Source: a virus
Strand: one strand, 5' to 3'
Length of the DNA stretch: 33,294 nucleotides
Virus record (IMG/VR): IMGVR_UViG_3300048839_000590
How positions within the stretch are numbered: the stretch's first letter is position 1; every line of letters begins with the position of its first letter. Shown in pieces: positions 8,890 through 16,868 of this stretch. Both the position numbers and the translations under genes were made by a program. The notes under the pieces were generated by a model. That model searched no databases and was not told the origin of the DNA. It saw nothing but the letters and a program-made list of their open reading frames with translations.

Positions 8890-9233
8890 TCGTTGCTCGC
8901 TTTGGCGTTGCGTGTGCCGATTTCAGTGAGCACGCGATCGATCAGCGGCTCATCAGGATCGAGCATAGCAATGTGTTCAGGCGTGCATGGCACACCATCG
9001 AAGGCCGGCCCCTGCCACGCCACGATGTTCTCAGTCAGTGACGCGAGGTTGTATGCCCCAATCAGCACCGACATGTCAGTGGTCTGCACGCCGGCCTTCA
9101 TTGTCACCTTGGCGGCTGCGTCCTGCACACGCGCCCGCGTGCCTACGTCCATCTTGGTGCGGATGAAGATGATGTTGTCGGGATCCTCGGGCAGGAACAC
9201 CGCAACGGTTTCACGCTTTACAAACATGGCCAT
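8844..9233 (-). CDS. Tail assembly chaperone (gpG-like)
   Basis: A 129-aa acidic ORF between the major tail protein and the tape measure; this position is conserved in long-tailed phages. Confidence 0.7.
   Translation of the reverse strand: MAMFVKRETVAVFLPEDPDNIIFIRTKMDVGTRARVQDAAAKVTMKAGVQTTDMSVLIGAYNLASLTENIVAWQGPAFDGVPCTPEHIAMLDPDEPLIDRVLTEIGTRNAKASNDPKATTPSLIDGGEN
8883..8889 (-). promoter_or_regulatory. Candidate -1 programmed frameshift slippery heptamer C CCA AAA
   Basis: Minus strand: gaC CCA AAA gct (D P K A of the G ORF), fitting X XXY YYZ. After a -1 slip the reading is ccc aaa agc tac aac..., which is open to 8632. Confidence 0.55.
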
Positions 9234-9236
9234 GGT

Positions 9237-10259
9237 TTAGATCGTGTTGCTGCTGCATTGCAGCTCAACGTAGAAGTCGGCCCCGAGCGTGGCGTCATAC
9301 ATCGATGGCACGGTGAACTTCACGGTGCGGTTGACGTCCTCATAGCTGCCCCATTCCAGATCCACCAGTGGCCCGGCCTGGTCAATTTGCAGGTAGCCAT
9401 ACTGTGTGGCGCCGATCAGGGCGGCCGTGTTGTGACGCACGCGCAAGCGCACCGGCTGTGCGTTGCGGGTGTCAAAGATGTCATACTGCGCGGTGTCGAG
9501 CAGTTCCATCTCGATGGTGGTCTCGATCATGCGCTTGTCGCGTCCCACGCGCCGGAAGGTGCGCGCATCCTGCGCAGGGCTGGCAATGCCTGTGGGGCCG
9601 AATTTGTATTTCACCTCAGTCGGGATGGTGTGCTCAACGCTCAGCACGCGGCTGGTGATCAGCGTGGTGCCAAAGGCGTTGCTGTTGTTGGCTTCGAGCC
9701 ACACATCCATATATGCCGGCGCAATGCTCAGCGGTGTGCTGAGCGCCGGCACTGTGGGGTTGGCAACCTTCGTTTCCTGTCGGCCACGGCCTTTGATGCT
9801 GAACTTGGTGCCATCGGTGCCCGTGCCATCGGCTTTGATCATCAGCTCATCAGCCATGCAGTAAGCGCCTCGGAACGTCTGCATGCCCGGATCGCCCCAC
9901 CACAGCGTTGCACTCTTCAGATCGTCGCTGGTGAGCGTGGGGGTCATGGCGAATTTGTAAACGCCAGTCTCAACCGTTGTGGGTGAAACACCGCCTTTCA
10001 CGGCCATGCTCAGCCAGAACGCCATGCTGTTAAGGTCAACATCGGTTTCTTCGGTTTCCCACTCCGTCCAGCGCCGCACCGACTGTGCGCGATAGCGTGA
10101 CACCAAGGTGCCGCGCGATTCATCAGGGAAGCTCACTTCCTCTGTGGGGGTCAGCATGCCTGTGACAGCCAGATTGCGCGTGGGCGCGGCAATGGCTGTG
10201 CCGCGCGTGGTTTCCAGCGCGCCCAGCAGATACTCAAAAGGAATTTCAGCAGGTGCCAT
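9237..10259 (-). CDS. Major tail (tube) protein, by position
   Basis: A 340-aa ORF between the neck genes and the chaperones. No motif was recognised. Confidence 0.55.
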   Translation of the reverse strand: MAPAEIPFEYLLGALETTRGTAIAAPTRNLAVTGMLTPTEEVSFPDESRGTLVSRYRAQSVRRWTEWETEETDVDLNSMAFWLSMAVKGGVSPTTVETGVYKFAMTPTLTSDDLKSATLWWGDPGMQTFRGAYCMADELMIKADGTGTDGTKFSIKGRGRQETKVANPTVPALSTPLSIAPAYMDVWLEANNSNAFGTTLITSRVLSVEHTIPTEVKYKFGPTGIASPAQDARTFRRVGRDKRMIETTIEMELLDTAQYDIFDTRNAQPVRLRVRHNTAALIGATQYGYLQIDQAGPLVDLEWGSYEDVNRTVKFTVPSMYDATLGADFYVELQCSSNTI

Positions 10260-10293
10260 TGATTAAGCTCCTATGCAAAGATGCGCGCCGCTG

Positions 10294-10548
10294 TCAGACA
10301 GCCACGTGCATGAATCCGGGCGCGTTGAAAACACTGCGTTGCAGCCATTCCGGCATGGCGCGGATGTCGCCGGCGGTTAAATCGCGCAACGGCACACCGG
10401 GCAGCATCGCATCGGTGGGGTTCTGGCTCGGCTCATACTTCAACACCACCGCGCCATCTTCAAGACCGGCCAGCGCCGCTGCAACGGTGGCGCGCTGTTC
10501 ATTGATCAGCACATCAGCCGGATCTGGTTGAATGTTTTGCTCACTCAT
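10294..10548 (-). CDS. Hypothetical protein (84 aa)
   Basis: ORF in the operon frame. Its start overlaps the upstream gene's stop. Confidence 0.5.
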   Translation of the reverse strand: MSEQNIQPDPADVLINEQRATVAAALAGLEDGAVVLKYEPSQNPTDAMLPGVPLRDLTAGDIRAMPEWLQRSVFNAPGFMHVAV

Positions 10549-10967
10549 ATTCGTTCACCTCTTGCGCCCTTTTCGAGCACGTCCACATAGAAATCGAGCG
10601 CGCGATACAGCACGCCTCCAATCGACACAAACACAGCTTCAACACGGTTGACGGCCACGGCGCCATGCAAGAGCGTGCCATGCAGCTGGCCGGCACTGGG
10701 TGCTTCGATTGCCGCCGGCACACTGTTCACAAATGGCATTAGCTCTTGCTCAGCCATTTCGTTGTCAACCCAGCGGATGCACAGCCGGCACAGCACAGAG
10801 TATTTCCAGCCGCTCACACCACCCTTGCTGACGCGCTCGGCGGTGTTCAGCAGCAGATACATTTCAGGCGGATCGCCAATCTTGGTTGGCTCATGGGCGT
10901 GAATGGCCTTGATGCCACTCACGCCTTCAAGTACTTCGACCAGGCCGGCGATTACATCTGCATACAT
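10545..10967 (-). CDS. Neck / tail-terminator-like protein
   Basis: 140 aa, placed between the HK97 gp10-like gene and the major tail gene. Positional call. Confidence 0.45.
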   Translation of the reverse strand: MYADVIAGLVEVLEGVSGIKAIHAHEPTKIGDPPEMYLLLNTAERVSKGGVSGWKYSVLCRLCIRWVDNEMAEQELMPFVNSVPAAIEAPSAGQLHGTLLHGAVAVNRVEAVFVSIGGVLYRALDFYVDVLEKGARGERI

Positions 10968-10970
10968 GGC

Positions 10971-11324
10971 TTAGCCTTTCGGGATCTCGGCGAGGATTTC
11001 CTCGCCAAACTCGCGCAGATACGCATCAATGGAATCACGCGACACGGCCAGCCCTTGCAGCAGGAATGGCCGTGCTGCCATCCTGCTGGTGCCATCGTGG
11101 ACGAACCATGCATACACCACGTTGCTGCCCACAATGCCGCGCTCACCGCTGGCTTCCACGCGGCTGTTGATCGAGCGTCTCAGATGCCCATAGCGATAAG
11201 GCGTCACACGCTTCGAGTTGGCTTCGACCGTCAACACCACACGACTCATCAGCCGCTGCTTTGCCTGGTTGAACTCAACCCCGCTGGCTAGAAACTTGGC
11301 GGCGGCCTGTTGGATGCTGCTCAT
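10971..11324 (-). CDS. HK97 gp10-family head-tail joining protein
   Basis: RYGHLRRSINSRVEASGERGIVGSNVVYAWFVHDGT..ARPFL matches the HK97 gp10 family pattern. Confidence 0.75.
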   Translation of the reverse strand: MSSIQQAAAKFLASGVEFNQAKQRLMSRVVLTVEANSKRVTPYRYGHLRRSINSRVEASGERGIVGSNVVYAWFVHDGTSRMAARPFLLQGLAVSRDSIDAYLREFGEEILAEIPKG

Positions 11325-11917
11325 ACGGCCGTCACCTCGTAGCTGCGCTTGATGCTGTTGATCACCATGCGCTGATGGCTGGTGAGCGCGCCACTGTAGG
11401 CCACGCTCCCACCGCCCACGTTTGTGCCCACACCATCCACACCGATTGCATCACTGAACAGCCCACGATCTTTCGCGCGCCAGATGTTCACTGCCAGCTC
11501 AAGCGCCACTTCTTCAATGGCCTTTGGCGCAGGACCGTAGCCCCACTTAGCGGTTACATCCAGCGGTCCACGTGGCCATCCTGCCTCTCGCAACAGGTAG
11601 CCACGCTTGCGCTCCACAATGTGCGTGAAATCGGTGATGCTCTGCCCGTTCCATGCCACCGTTGGTGCTGTGGCTGGGTCATGTGGTGGCAGTGCCAGCG
11701 TGCGCGCTGGTAGGCTCATGATCTTCTTTGCGCTGGCATCCGGATAAACACCAAACGAGAATTCCAGAATCTGATCGATTGCATCCGTGGCGCGATCCAG
11801 AATGTCGGTGAGCAGCGCGTCAGTGTCGCTCACCTGCTGGGGTGTCGCGTTAGGTGTCCCTGCCACCGTTGGCAGTTTCAGATAGGCGCGCAGTTGCGCC
11901 ACGGTTGCATAGGCCAT
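11321..11917 (-). CDS. Head-tail connector (gp6-like adaptor) protein
   Basis: The N-terminus MAYATVAQLRAYLKL...DALLTDILDRATDAIDQ is typical of gp6-like connectors. At 198 aa it is longer than usual. Confidence 0.6.
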   Translation of the reverse strand: MAYATVAQLRAYLKLPTVAGTPNATPQQVSDTDALLTDILDRATDAIDQILEFSFGVYPDASAKKIMSLPARTLALPPHDPATAPTVAWNGQSITDFTHIVERKRGYLLREAGWPRGPLDVTAKWGYGPAPKAIEEVALELAVNIWRAKDRGLFSDAIGVDGVGTNVGGGSVAYSGALTSHQRMVINSIKRSYEVTAV

Positions 11918-11920
11918 GAT

Positions 11921-12379
11921 CTAGCGCGCCAGTCCCAGCACCGTGATGGTGATGGGCGTGGAGTTGGTGACGCTCACATAAACGGTTGCAAACGAGCCAT
12001 ACAGCAGTGTGCGCGTCATGTCGGTTGTGCCGGTGGTGGCTGTGGTGTTCGACCAGGCCGCCGCACTTGCGCGTGACCAATTCAGCGCGTCGTTGCTGTA
12101 TTCGACTGTGGCAGTGAAGGCATTCGCGCCGCCGGCGCCATCAACCACATATTGAAGATCGAGCGTGCCATATTGAGGCAGCGGCACCACGGCCAGCCGG
12201 CCATTGGCCGTGATCTGCTGCGAAGTTGCAAAGATCACGCTCTTGGGTGACGTGGTGCTCACTTGCTGGGGCACACTCACAGGCCCTGGTGCAGCATTAA
12301 CGGCAGACGAAACACCAAACGTGGTGGCGATCACAAGGGCGATCAGCACCAGTGATGCAAGGGGCTTGGAAAGTTTCAT
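11921..12379 (-). CDS. Signal-peptide-bearing protein inside the head module
   Basis: MKLSKPLASLVLIALVIATTFGVSSAVNA|AP looks like a Sec signal with an AxA site. A strong SD (TAGGAGAAAACAACC) precedes the ATG. The remainder is Thr/Ser/Val-rich and beta-like. Confidence 0.7.
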   Translation of the reverse strand: MKLSKPLASLVLIALVIATTFGVSSAVNAAPGPVSVPQQVSTTSPKSVIFATSQQITANGRLAVVPLPQYGTLDLQYVVDGAGGANAFTATVEYSNDALNWSRASAAAWSNTTATTGTTDMTRTLLYGSFATVYVSVTNSTPITITVLGLAR

Positions 12380-12391
12380 GGTTGTTTTCTC

Positions 12392-12691
12392 CTATCGGCC
12401 ACGCTTGCGCGCCGGATAGCTCACACTTACAGGTGGCAAACCCTCTGTGGCCGGCTCGCTGTGTGGCTCTTCTTTGGTTTCGGCGGGCTGCACCGGCTGG
12501 GCCGGCTTCACAAACCCCTTGGCGATGGCAACGTGCATGGGGATTGGCACGCCGGCGGGAGCCAGCAGGATCATGCGGCCATCAGGCAAGGTTTCTGTGA
12601 TGTCGTGCTCAGGGGTGAAGGTGTCCGCGTTCATGTCGTTGGTGAGTGGCAGCCACTCGGTGTGCCTGCCACTCTCACTGTTCCAGTGCAT
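12392..12691 (-). CDS. Hypothetical protein (99 aa)
   Basis: ORF between the capsid gene and the signal-peptide gene. The C-terminal tail is Pro/Glu-rich. Confidence 0.5.
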   Translation of the reverse strand: MHWNSESGRHTEWLPLTNDMNADTFTPEHDITETLPDGRMILLAPAGVPIPMHVAIAKGFVKPAQPVQPAETKEEPHSEPATEGLPPVSVSYPARKRGR

Positions 12692-12707
12692 GTGTCAGCT
12701 CGCCGGT

Positions 12708-13919
12708 TTAGAAGCCGGTGATCTTCTCGAATGCGTCGGGATACGGGACGGTCAGCGCGGCGCGCAACTCAGCCAAGATGGTGAATTGGTTCTTGATGAA
12801 CTGGTCATTGATCACGCCGGCCTCAACCGTCACTTCGTTGCGCATGAACCACTTCGCGCCCATGCTGAAGTTGCCCACCAGCACGGTGCCGGCCGTGATG
12901 ACTGCGTGCTCAATCACAGGCACGCGCCACACGCGCGCGGCAATGGGATCGTAGGCGGCCAGATAGTTGCCGGTGCCGGTGGCCTTTTCGATTTCGAGGT
13001 CTTCAGCGTCGGCCGGGTTCATCAGGATGCCATCGGGCTGGTGGAACGCCAACTTGATGTCGGTGATGGCGCGGCGCAGGGTGTCTGCGCGCTTGTCATT
13101 CGCATCGAAGCGCGCGCCGCTGGTTGCATGCACGCGGGTCTGGATGTTGGACGTGTTCAGCAAGCCAGTCAGGTTCACACCCGTGCCATCGCCGGCCAGC
13201 AGTTGCGTCTGCAAGCGCTGCCGCACCATGAACATCAGCTCGTCATCGATCAGGCCGCGCAGGCGCGGCTCGTCTTCGAGCACCTGCCGGCTGGTGATCA
13301 CGTAAGTGGCGATTGTGCGCACCGGCGCGGTCACGAGGTTCCAATCGAGCACGCTCTGCGGTTTGCTGCTCAGTTCCTGCGTCTCAGCCGCATTGTTGGT
13401 GCGCGTGACTTGAGAGACGTATTCGATGCTGTTGCTGTTGGTCTGGCCGCTGGCCAGAATGTCGAGCAGATCCAGCCCGATGCGCGGCTTCGGGAAGATT
13501 TCAGCCAGGCGCTCAGCGGCCACAGGGAATGCCTGTGTGTTGCTGATGCCAGTCACACCGACGATTTCATCGGCCTTCACTTCCACGCGCGGCATGCTCT
13601 TGGGGTTGGCGCCGAGGTTCTTGTAAGTCTCGGACTGCACCACCAGATCACCCAGCGTGCGGCGGCGCGGCGACATGCCATCGCGGCTCTTGCGCTCGCC
13701 GGCGCCGCTGTTGGCGGCTTCGTCGTTGGCTTCGATGGTTTCGAGGCGTTGCAGCTCGGCGCGCTTTGACTCGCCGGCCGCAATGAGATTGTCCAGTTTC
13801 TGGACATCATCCGCGCTGCGCTTTTCAGCCGGCGTGTTCTCCATCTCGGCATAGAGCGTTTTGGCCTGGTTGGTCAGCGTCGCCAACTCAGTGCGCAGGG
13901 TCTTGATTCGTGAATTCAT
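12708..13919 (-). CDS. Major capsid protein, HK97 family
   Basis: The N-terminal coiled coil is followed by VITSRQVLEDEPRLRGLIDDELMFMVRQRLQTQLLAGDGTGVNLTGLLN. SD GAGGTAATCA precedes the ATG. The gene follows the protease. Confidence 0.92.
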   Translation of the reverse strand: MNSRIKTLRTELATLTNQAKTLYAEMENTPAEKRSADDVQKLDNLIAAGESKRAELQRLETIEANDEAANSGAGERKSRDGMSPRRRTLGDLVVQSETYKNLGANPKSMPRVEVKADEIVGVTGISNTQAFPVAAERLAEIFPKPRIGLDLLDILASGQTNSNSIEYVSQVTRTNNAAETQELSSKPQSVLDWNLVTAPVRTIATYVITSRQVLEDEPRLRGLIDDELMFMVRQRLQTQLLAGDGTGVNLTGLLNTSNIQTRVHATSGARFDANDKRADTLRRAITDIKLAFHQPDGILMNPADAEDLEIEKATGTGNYLAAYDPIAARVWRVPVIEHAVITAGTVLVGNFSMGAKWFMRNEVTVEAGVINDQFIKNQFTILAELRAALTVPYPDAFEKITGF

Positions 13920-13922
13920 TGA

Positions 13923-14687
13923 TTACCTCACAGAGAGATTGAGTAGGCGCAGGCGCTGCGCAACGTGAGTGAGTGAGACTGGCTCGGCTCGGCTCTTGCC
14001 GCTATCGTCCTGCTGTTCGGTTTCTTCAATCAACTTGACGTTGGTCGCGCCAAGTGCGATTGCATTTGCTGCGATCTGGTTGATCAGATCGGTGTCAGAC
14101 ATGGAATGGCGCGCGCCGGCTTTCAAGTGTTCCAGCAGCACGGCCATCCATTCGAGGGGTTGCGCGAGTTCGCTCTTGCCGGCAGCGGATGTGGCCGGGT
14201 TCATGCCCCACAGCACATCTGAGACTTCGTAAAGCCGCACCTCGCGCAAGTTGCGGATCTTCTCCCATTCGTATTTTGCGCCGGGCAGCTCTTCAAAATC
14301 GAACTTCACGGGGTCATAGGCATATGACATTTCCGTGATCGCGCCCGACTGCAAGCCGGCCAGCACTTCGTTGCCACGCGGGGTGTCGAGATATTCGCGG
14401 GTGACCTCCGCGCCACCCATCGCATCAGAGGCAGTGGCCAGCACCGAGGCTGGCAGTTCATCGCGGCCCAGCTCGCGCAGGCCGGTGATGGTGGCGATGG
14501 GCGGGCTGCTGAAATCATGCCCCCACAGAAACCGCACTTTGCCGGCGCGCTCGCTGAATGTCTTGGCAAATGCGCCCGGCCAGCTTCGATCATTGCCGCT
14601 GTCAACATTGCCGTGCACCGCAAAAATGCCGGTGACGGTGCGGCCGCTGATGCTCTTGATGTGTTGAGTAACTGATTTCAGTTGCAT
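13923..14687 (-). CDS. HK97-family prohead protease
   Basis: TGIFAVHGNVDSGNDRSWPGAFAKT...FLWGHD. The track ORF begins at GTG 14780, but ATG 14687 (MQLKSV) fits the family length and leaves the hairpin non-coding. Confidence 0.85.
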   Translation of the reverse strand: MQLKSVTQHIKSISGRTVTGIFAVHGNVDSGNDRSWPGAFAKTFSERAGKVRFLWGHDFSSPPIATITGLRELGRDELPASVLATASDAMGGAEVTREYLDTPRGNEVLAGLQSGAITEMSYAYDPVKFDFEELPGAKYEWEKIRNLREVRLYEVSDVLWGMNPATSAAGKSELAQPLEWMAVLLEHLKAGARHSMSDTDLINQIAANAIALGATNVKLIEETEQQDDSGKSRAEPVSLTHVAQRLRLLNLSVR

Positions 14688-14732
14688 GGAAAACAAAACG
14701 CGCGGCCACTCCGATGTCGGAATGGCCGCGCG
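14688..14732 (-). terminator. Intrinsic-terminator-like hairpin + U-tract between the portal and protease genes
   Basis: Minus strand: CGCGCGGCCATTCCGA-CA-TCGGAGTGGCCGCGCG (one mismatch), then TTTTGTTTTCC abutting ATG 14687. Confidence 0.6.
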
Positions 14733-14852
14733 GTTACTACGCTCTGGCCTGTTTCGCATGGAGCAAATGCCTTTACACACTTGCCCCGTGTTTATGCCCT
14801 ACTTAAATTTGCCGCCCAGATTGTATACCCGCTGTCAATGGTGCGCCACCCT

Positions 14853-16868
14853 TCACACCACTGGCAGGATCACGGACCTGCAGTTGGGATGCGCCGGCGG
14901 CCCGTTGAAGCCCTCGAAGCCGTTGCTCTGCGCCTCAGCCAGGCTGATGCGCTTGCCGTGCAGCCGCTCGCACACGTCTGAGGTGCGGTTGTCTAATGTC
15001 GCGTTCCATTCGACCATCTCAACAACGCCGGTGTCCTCGTATGCCAACAGCGCGCCGTTGGTGTAGGCTTTGGCCGTTTCGGTGCGAGCGATCACCATTG
15101 AGCGCCGCTTGCCAATCTCAGGCGCATCAGCGCGGATGGCAGCGGCGATCTGCTCGGTGCTTTTGCCATCCTGCAGGCCGGCACCGATGATGGCGCGAAG
15201 TTCCTCGCGGGTGGTGTCGGTGATGCCGCGCACCTGCGTGAGTAACAGCCCGAGCGTGTCCTGCACGCGCGGGTTGCTCAGGTTGAAGCTCACGCCCACA
15301 TCGAACTCAGCCAAGAGCATGTCTGCATCCTCATACGCTGCCCTCAGGCTCATTTTGTAGTAAGGGGTCATCACCTTTTGGATCCCCGCGCCATCGTCGG
15401 TGCCGGCGATGGTTTCATCCACGCTGCCCGATTCTTTCAGCCGCCCGGCTGCCTGCTCATATTCTTTCGTGATGTAGCTCTCAACCTTGATCTGAGCCTT
15501 GCCGGCGATCTTCTCGCGGTTGCCCTCAATCTGGTCCACTTCATCCTTGGTGAGCATAGGCGTAAATCGCTTGCGATCTGGGGCCGGCAGGCGCTTGGGC
15601 GCGCCATCGCTGGCCGGCGCTGGGGCTGGCTGGGTGCTGTATTCGTCGCCGCGCTGGTCATCAGCCGGCAGGCCGATGATGGCGCGGTATTCGTTGCGGG
15701 TGATGCCGCCGGCAATATAGTTTTCTCGCGCCCGCTGGTGCACTGCGTCTACATCGTCCTGCATGGCGGCCACCTGGCTCATGTCCCATTGGCAGCGCAC
15801 GCGCTCACCCAGCACCAACTCGTCACTCTCAAATTCAGTCAGCAGCCGCGATGTGAGCCATTGCCGCGCGGCTTTGTATTCAGGCGTCAGGGTTGAATCC
15901 CAGAACTGCTGCCACGCCTCGCGCAGGTTGCTTTGAATCGAGCGCAACATGCCGATGTAGGCATAGATCACCAGCGGCGGCACTCCAAACACCATGCAGA
16001 TGCGCGACTCGGCCACGCTGCGCAGTTCCTCGGACTGCAACTCATTCAGCCGCGCGCCCAAGATTTCAAAATCAGCATTCTCATCGAGCACGGCAATGTC
16101 GCTCATGTTGCCGCCCAGCATCGGTGAGAACTTGGCGCGCCACTTCTCGCGGATCTCATCGGCCTCAAGTGGCGTCACCGTGCGGCCCTTGATCTTCATG
16201 TAGCCGGATGGCACGCCGCCCACTTGGAAAAACTGCTGCACGTAGTCAGTCTGAGCAATGTCGCCCTGCACCGCGCCGAGGGCCACAGCCAGCGGACTCA
16301 GGCCACGGTATTTGTTGCCGATGTCGACATTGCGCCACACCAGCATGTTCTCGGCGGGGATGCGCTCACGATATGAGCCGAGCTTGAACTCGTATTCGCT
16401 CACCGTGCCATCAGTCGCCGGCACCGGACTCACCAGCGCAGGGTTGAGCGGGTGCAGCTCGCTGGGCAGGCCGTTGGGGCTGGGCCGCACAATCTCAGCG
16501 TAGAACTCGCCGGCGATCTCGCGGGATGCAATGAACCACTGCCAGAACGCCATTTCATCCATGTCAGGGTTGGGGCGCATGATCAGCCGGCGCATGGGGT
16601 GCCCTTCGACCTCGCGCCACTCGCCGCCACGCTCACGGCGTTCCACGTAGAGCCGAGGATCCACGGCCGTGCGCTGTTTGGTGCTGATGCAGGCATACAC
16701 CACTTCGTTGATGCGCGCCGCTTCGATCAGGCGCGGGGTGTCGGTGGCGCGGCTGATGGGCTTGCCGGCGCGCACGCCAATGGGCAGCACGGCATAGGCG
16801 CTCTTGCTTTCGAGCCGCGCGCCGGCATCGCCAAACCACTTGGCAAAACCACGTTGAATGAAGTTCAT
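14853..16868 (-). CDS. Portal protein fused to a MuF / SPP1 gp7 head-morphogenesis domain
   Basis: The N-terminal part is an HK97-type portal (RLIMRPNPDMDEMAFWQWF, GLSPLAVALGAV). The C-terminal part is MVIARTETAKAYTNGA..WNATLDNRTSDVCERLHGK..GPPAHPNCRSVILPV, a Phage_Mu_F signature. Confidence 0.88.
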   Translation of the reverse strand: MNFIQRGFAKWFGDAGARLESKSAYAVLPIGVRAGKPISRATDTPRLIEAARINEVVYACISTKQRTAVDPRLYVERRERGGEWREVEGHPMRRLIMRPNPDMDEMAFWQWFIASREIAGEFYAEIVRPSPNGLPSELHPLNPALVSPVPATDGTVSEYEFKLGSYRERIPAENMLVWRNVDIGNKYRGLSPLAVALGAVQGDIAQTDYVQQFFQVGGVPSGYMKIKGRTVTPLEADEIREKWRAKFSPMLGGNMSDIAVLDENADFEILGARLNELQSEELRSVAESRICMVFGVPPLVIYAYIGMLRSIQSNLREAWQQFWDSTLTPEYKAARQWLTSRLLTEFESDELVLGERVRCQWDMSQVAAMQDDVDAVHQRARENYIAGGITRNEYRAIIGLPADDQRGDEYSTQPAPAPASDGAPKRLPAPDRKRFTPMLTKDEVDQIEGNREKIAGKAQIKVESYITKEYEQAAGRLKESGSVDETIAGTDDGAGIQKVMTPYYKMSLRAAYEDADMLLAEFDVGVSFNLSNPRVQDTLGLLLTQVRGITDTTREELRAIIGAGLQDGKSTEQIAAAIRADAPEIGKRRSMVIARTETAKAYTNGALLAYEDTGVVEMVEWNATLDNRTSDVCERLHGKRISLAEAQSNGFEGFNGPPAHPNCRSVILPVV

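Noticed and set aside
14688-14780. Upstream GTG (14780) and ATG (14759) starts for the prohead protease
   Set aside because: They would add ~30 non-conserved Cys/Arg-rich residues and make the strong hairpin plus U-tract coding. ATG 14687 gives the canonical distance to the VDSGNDR motif. This remains uncertain because 14687 has no SD.
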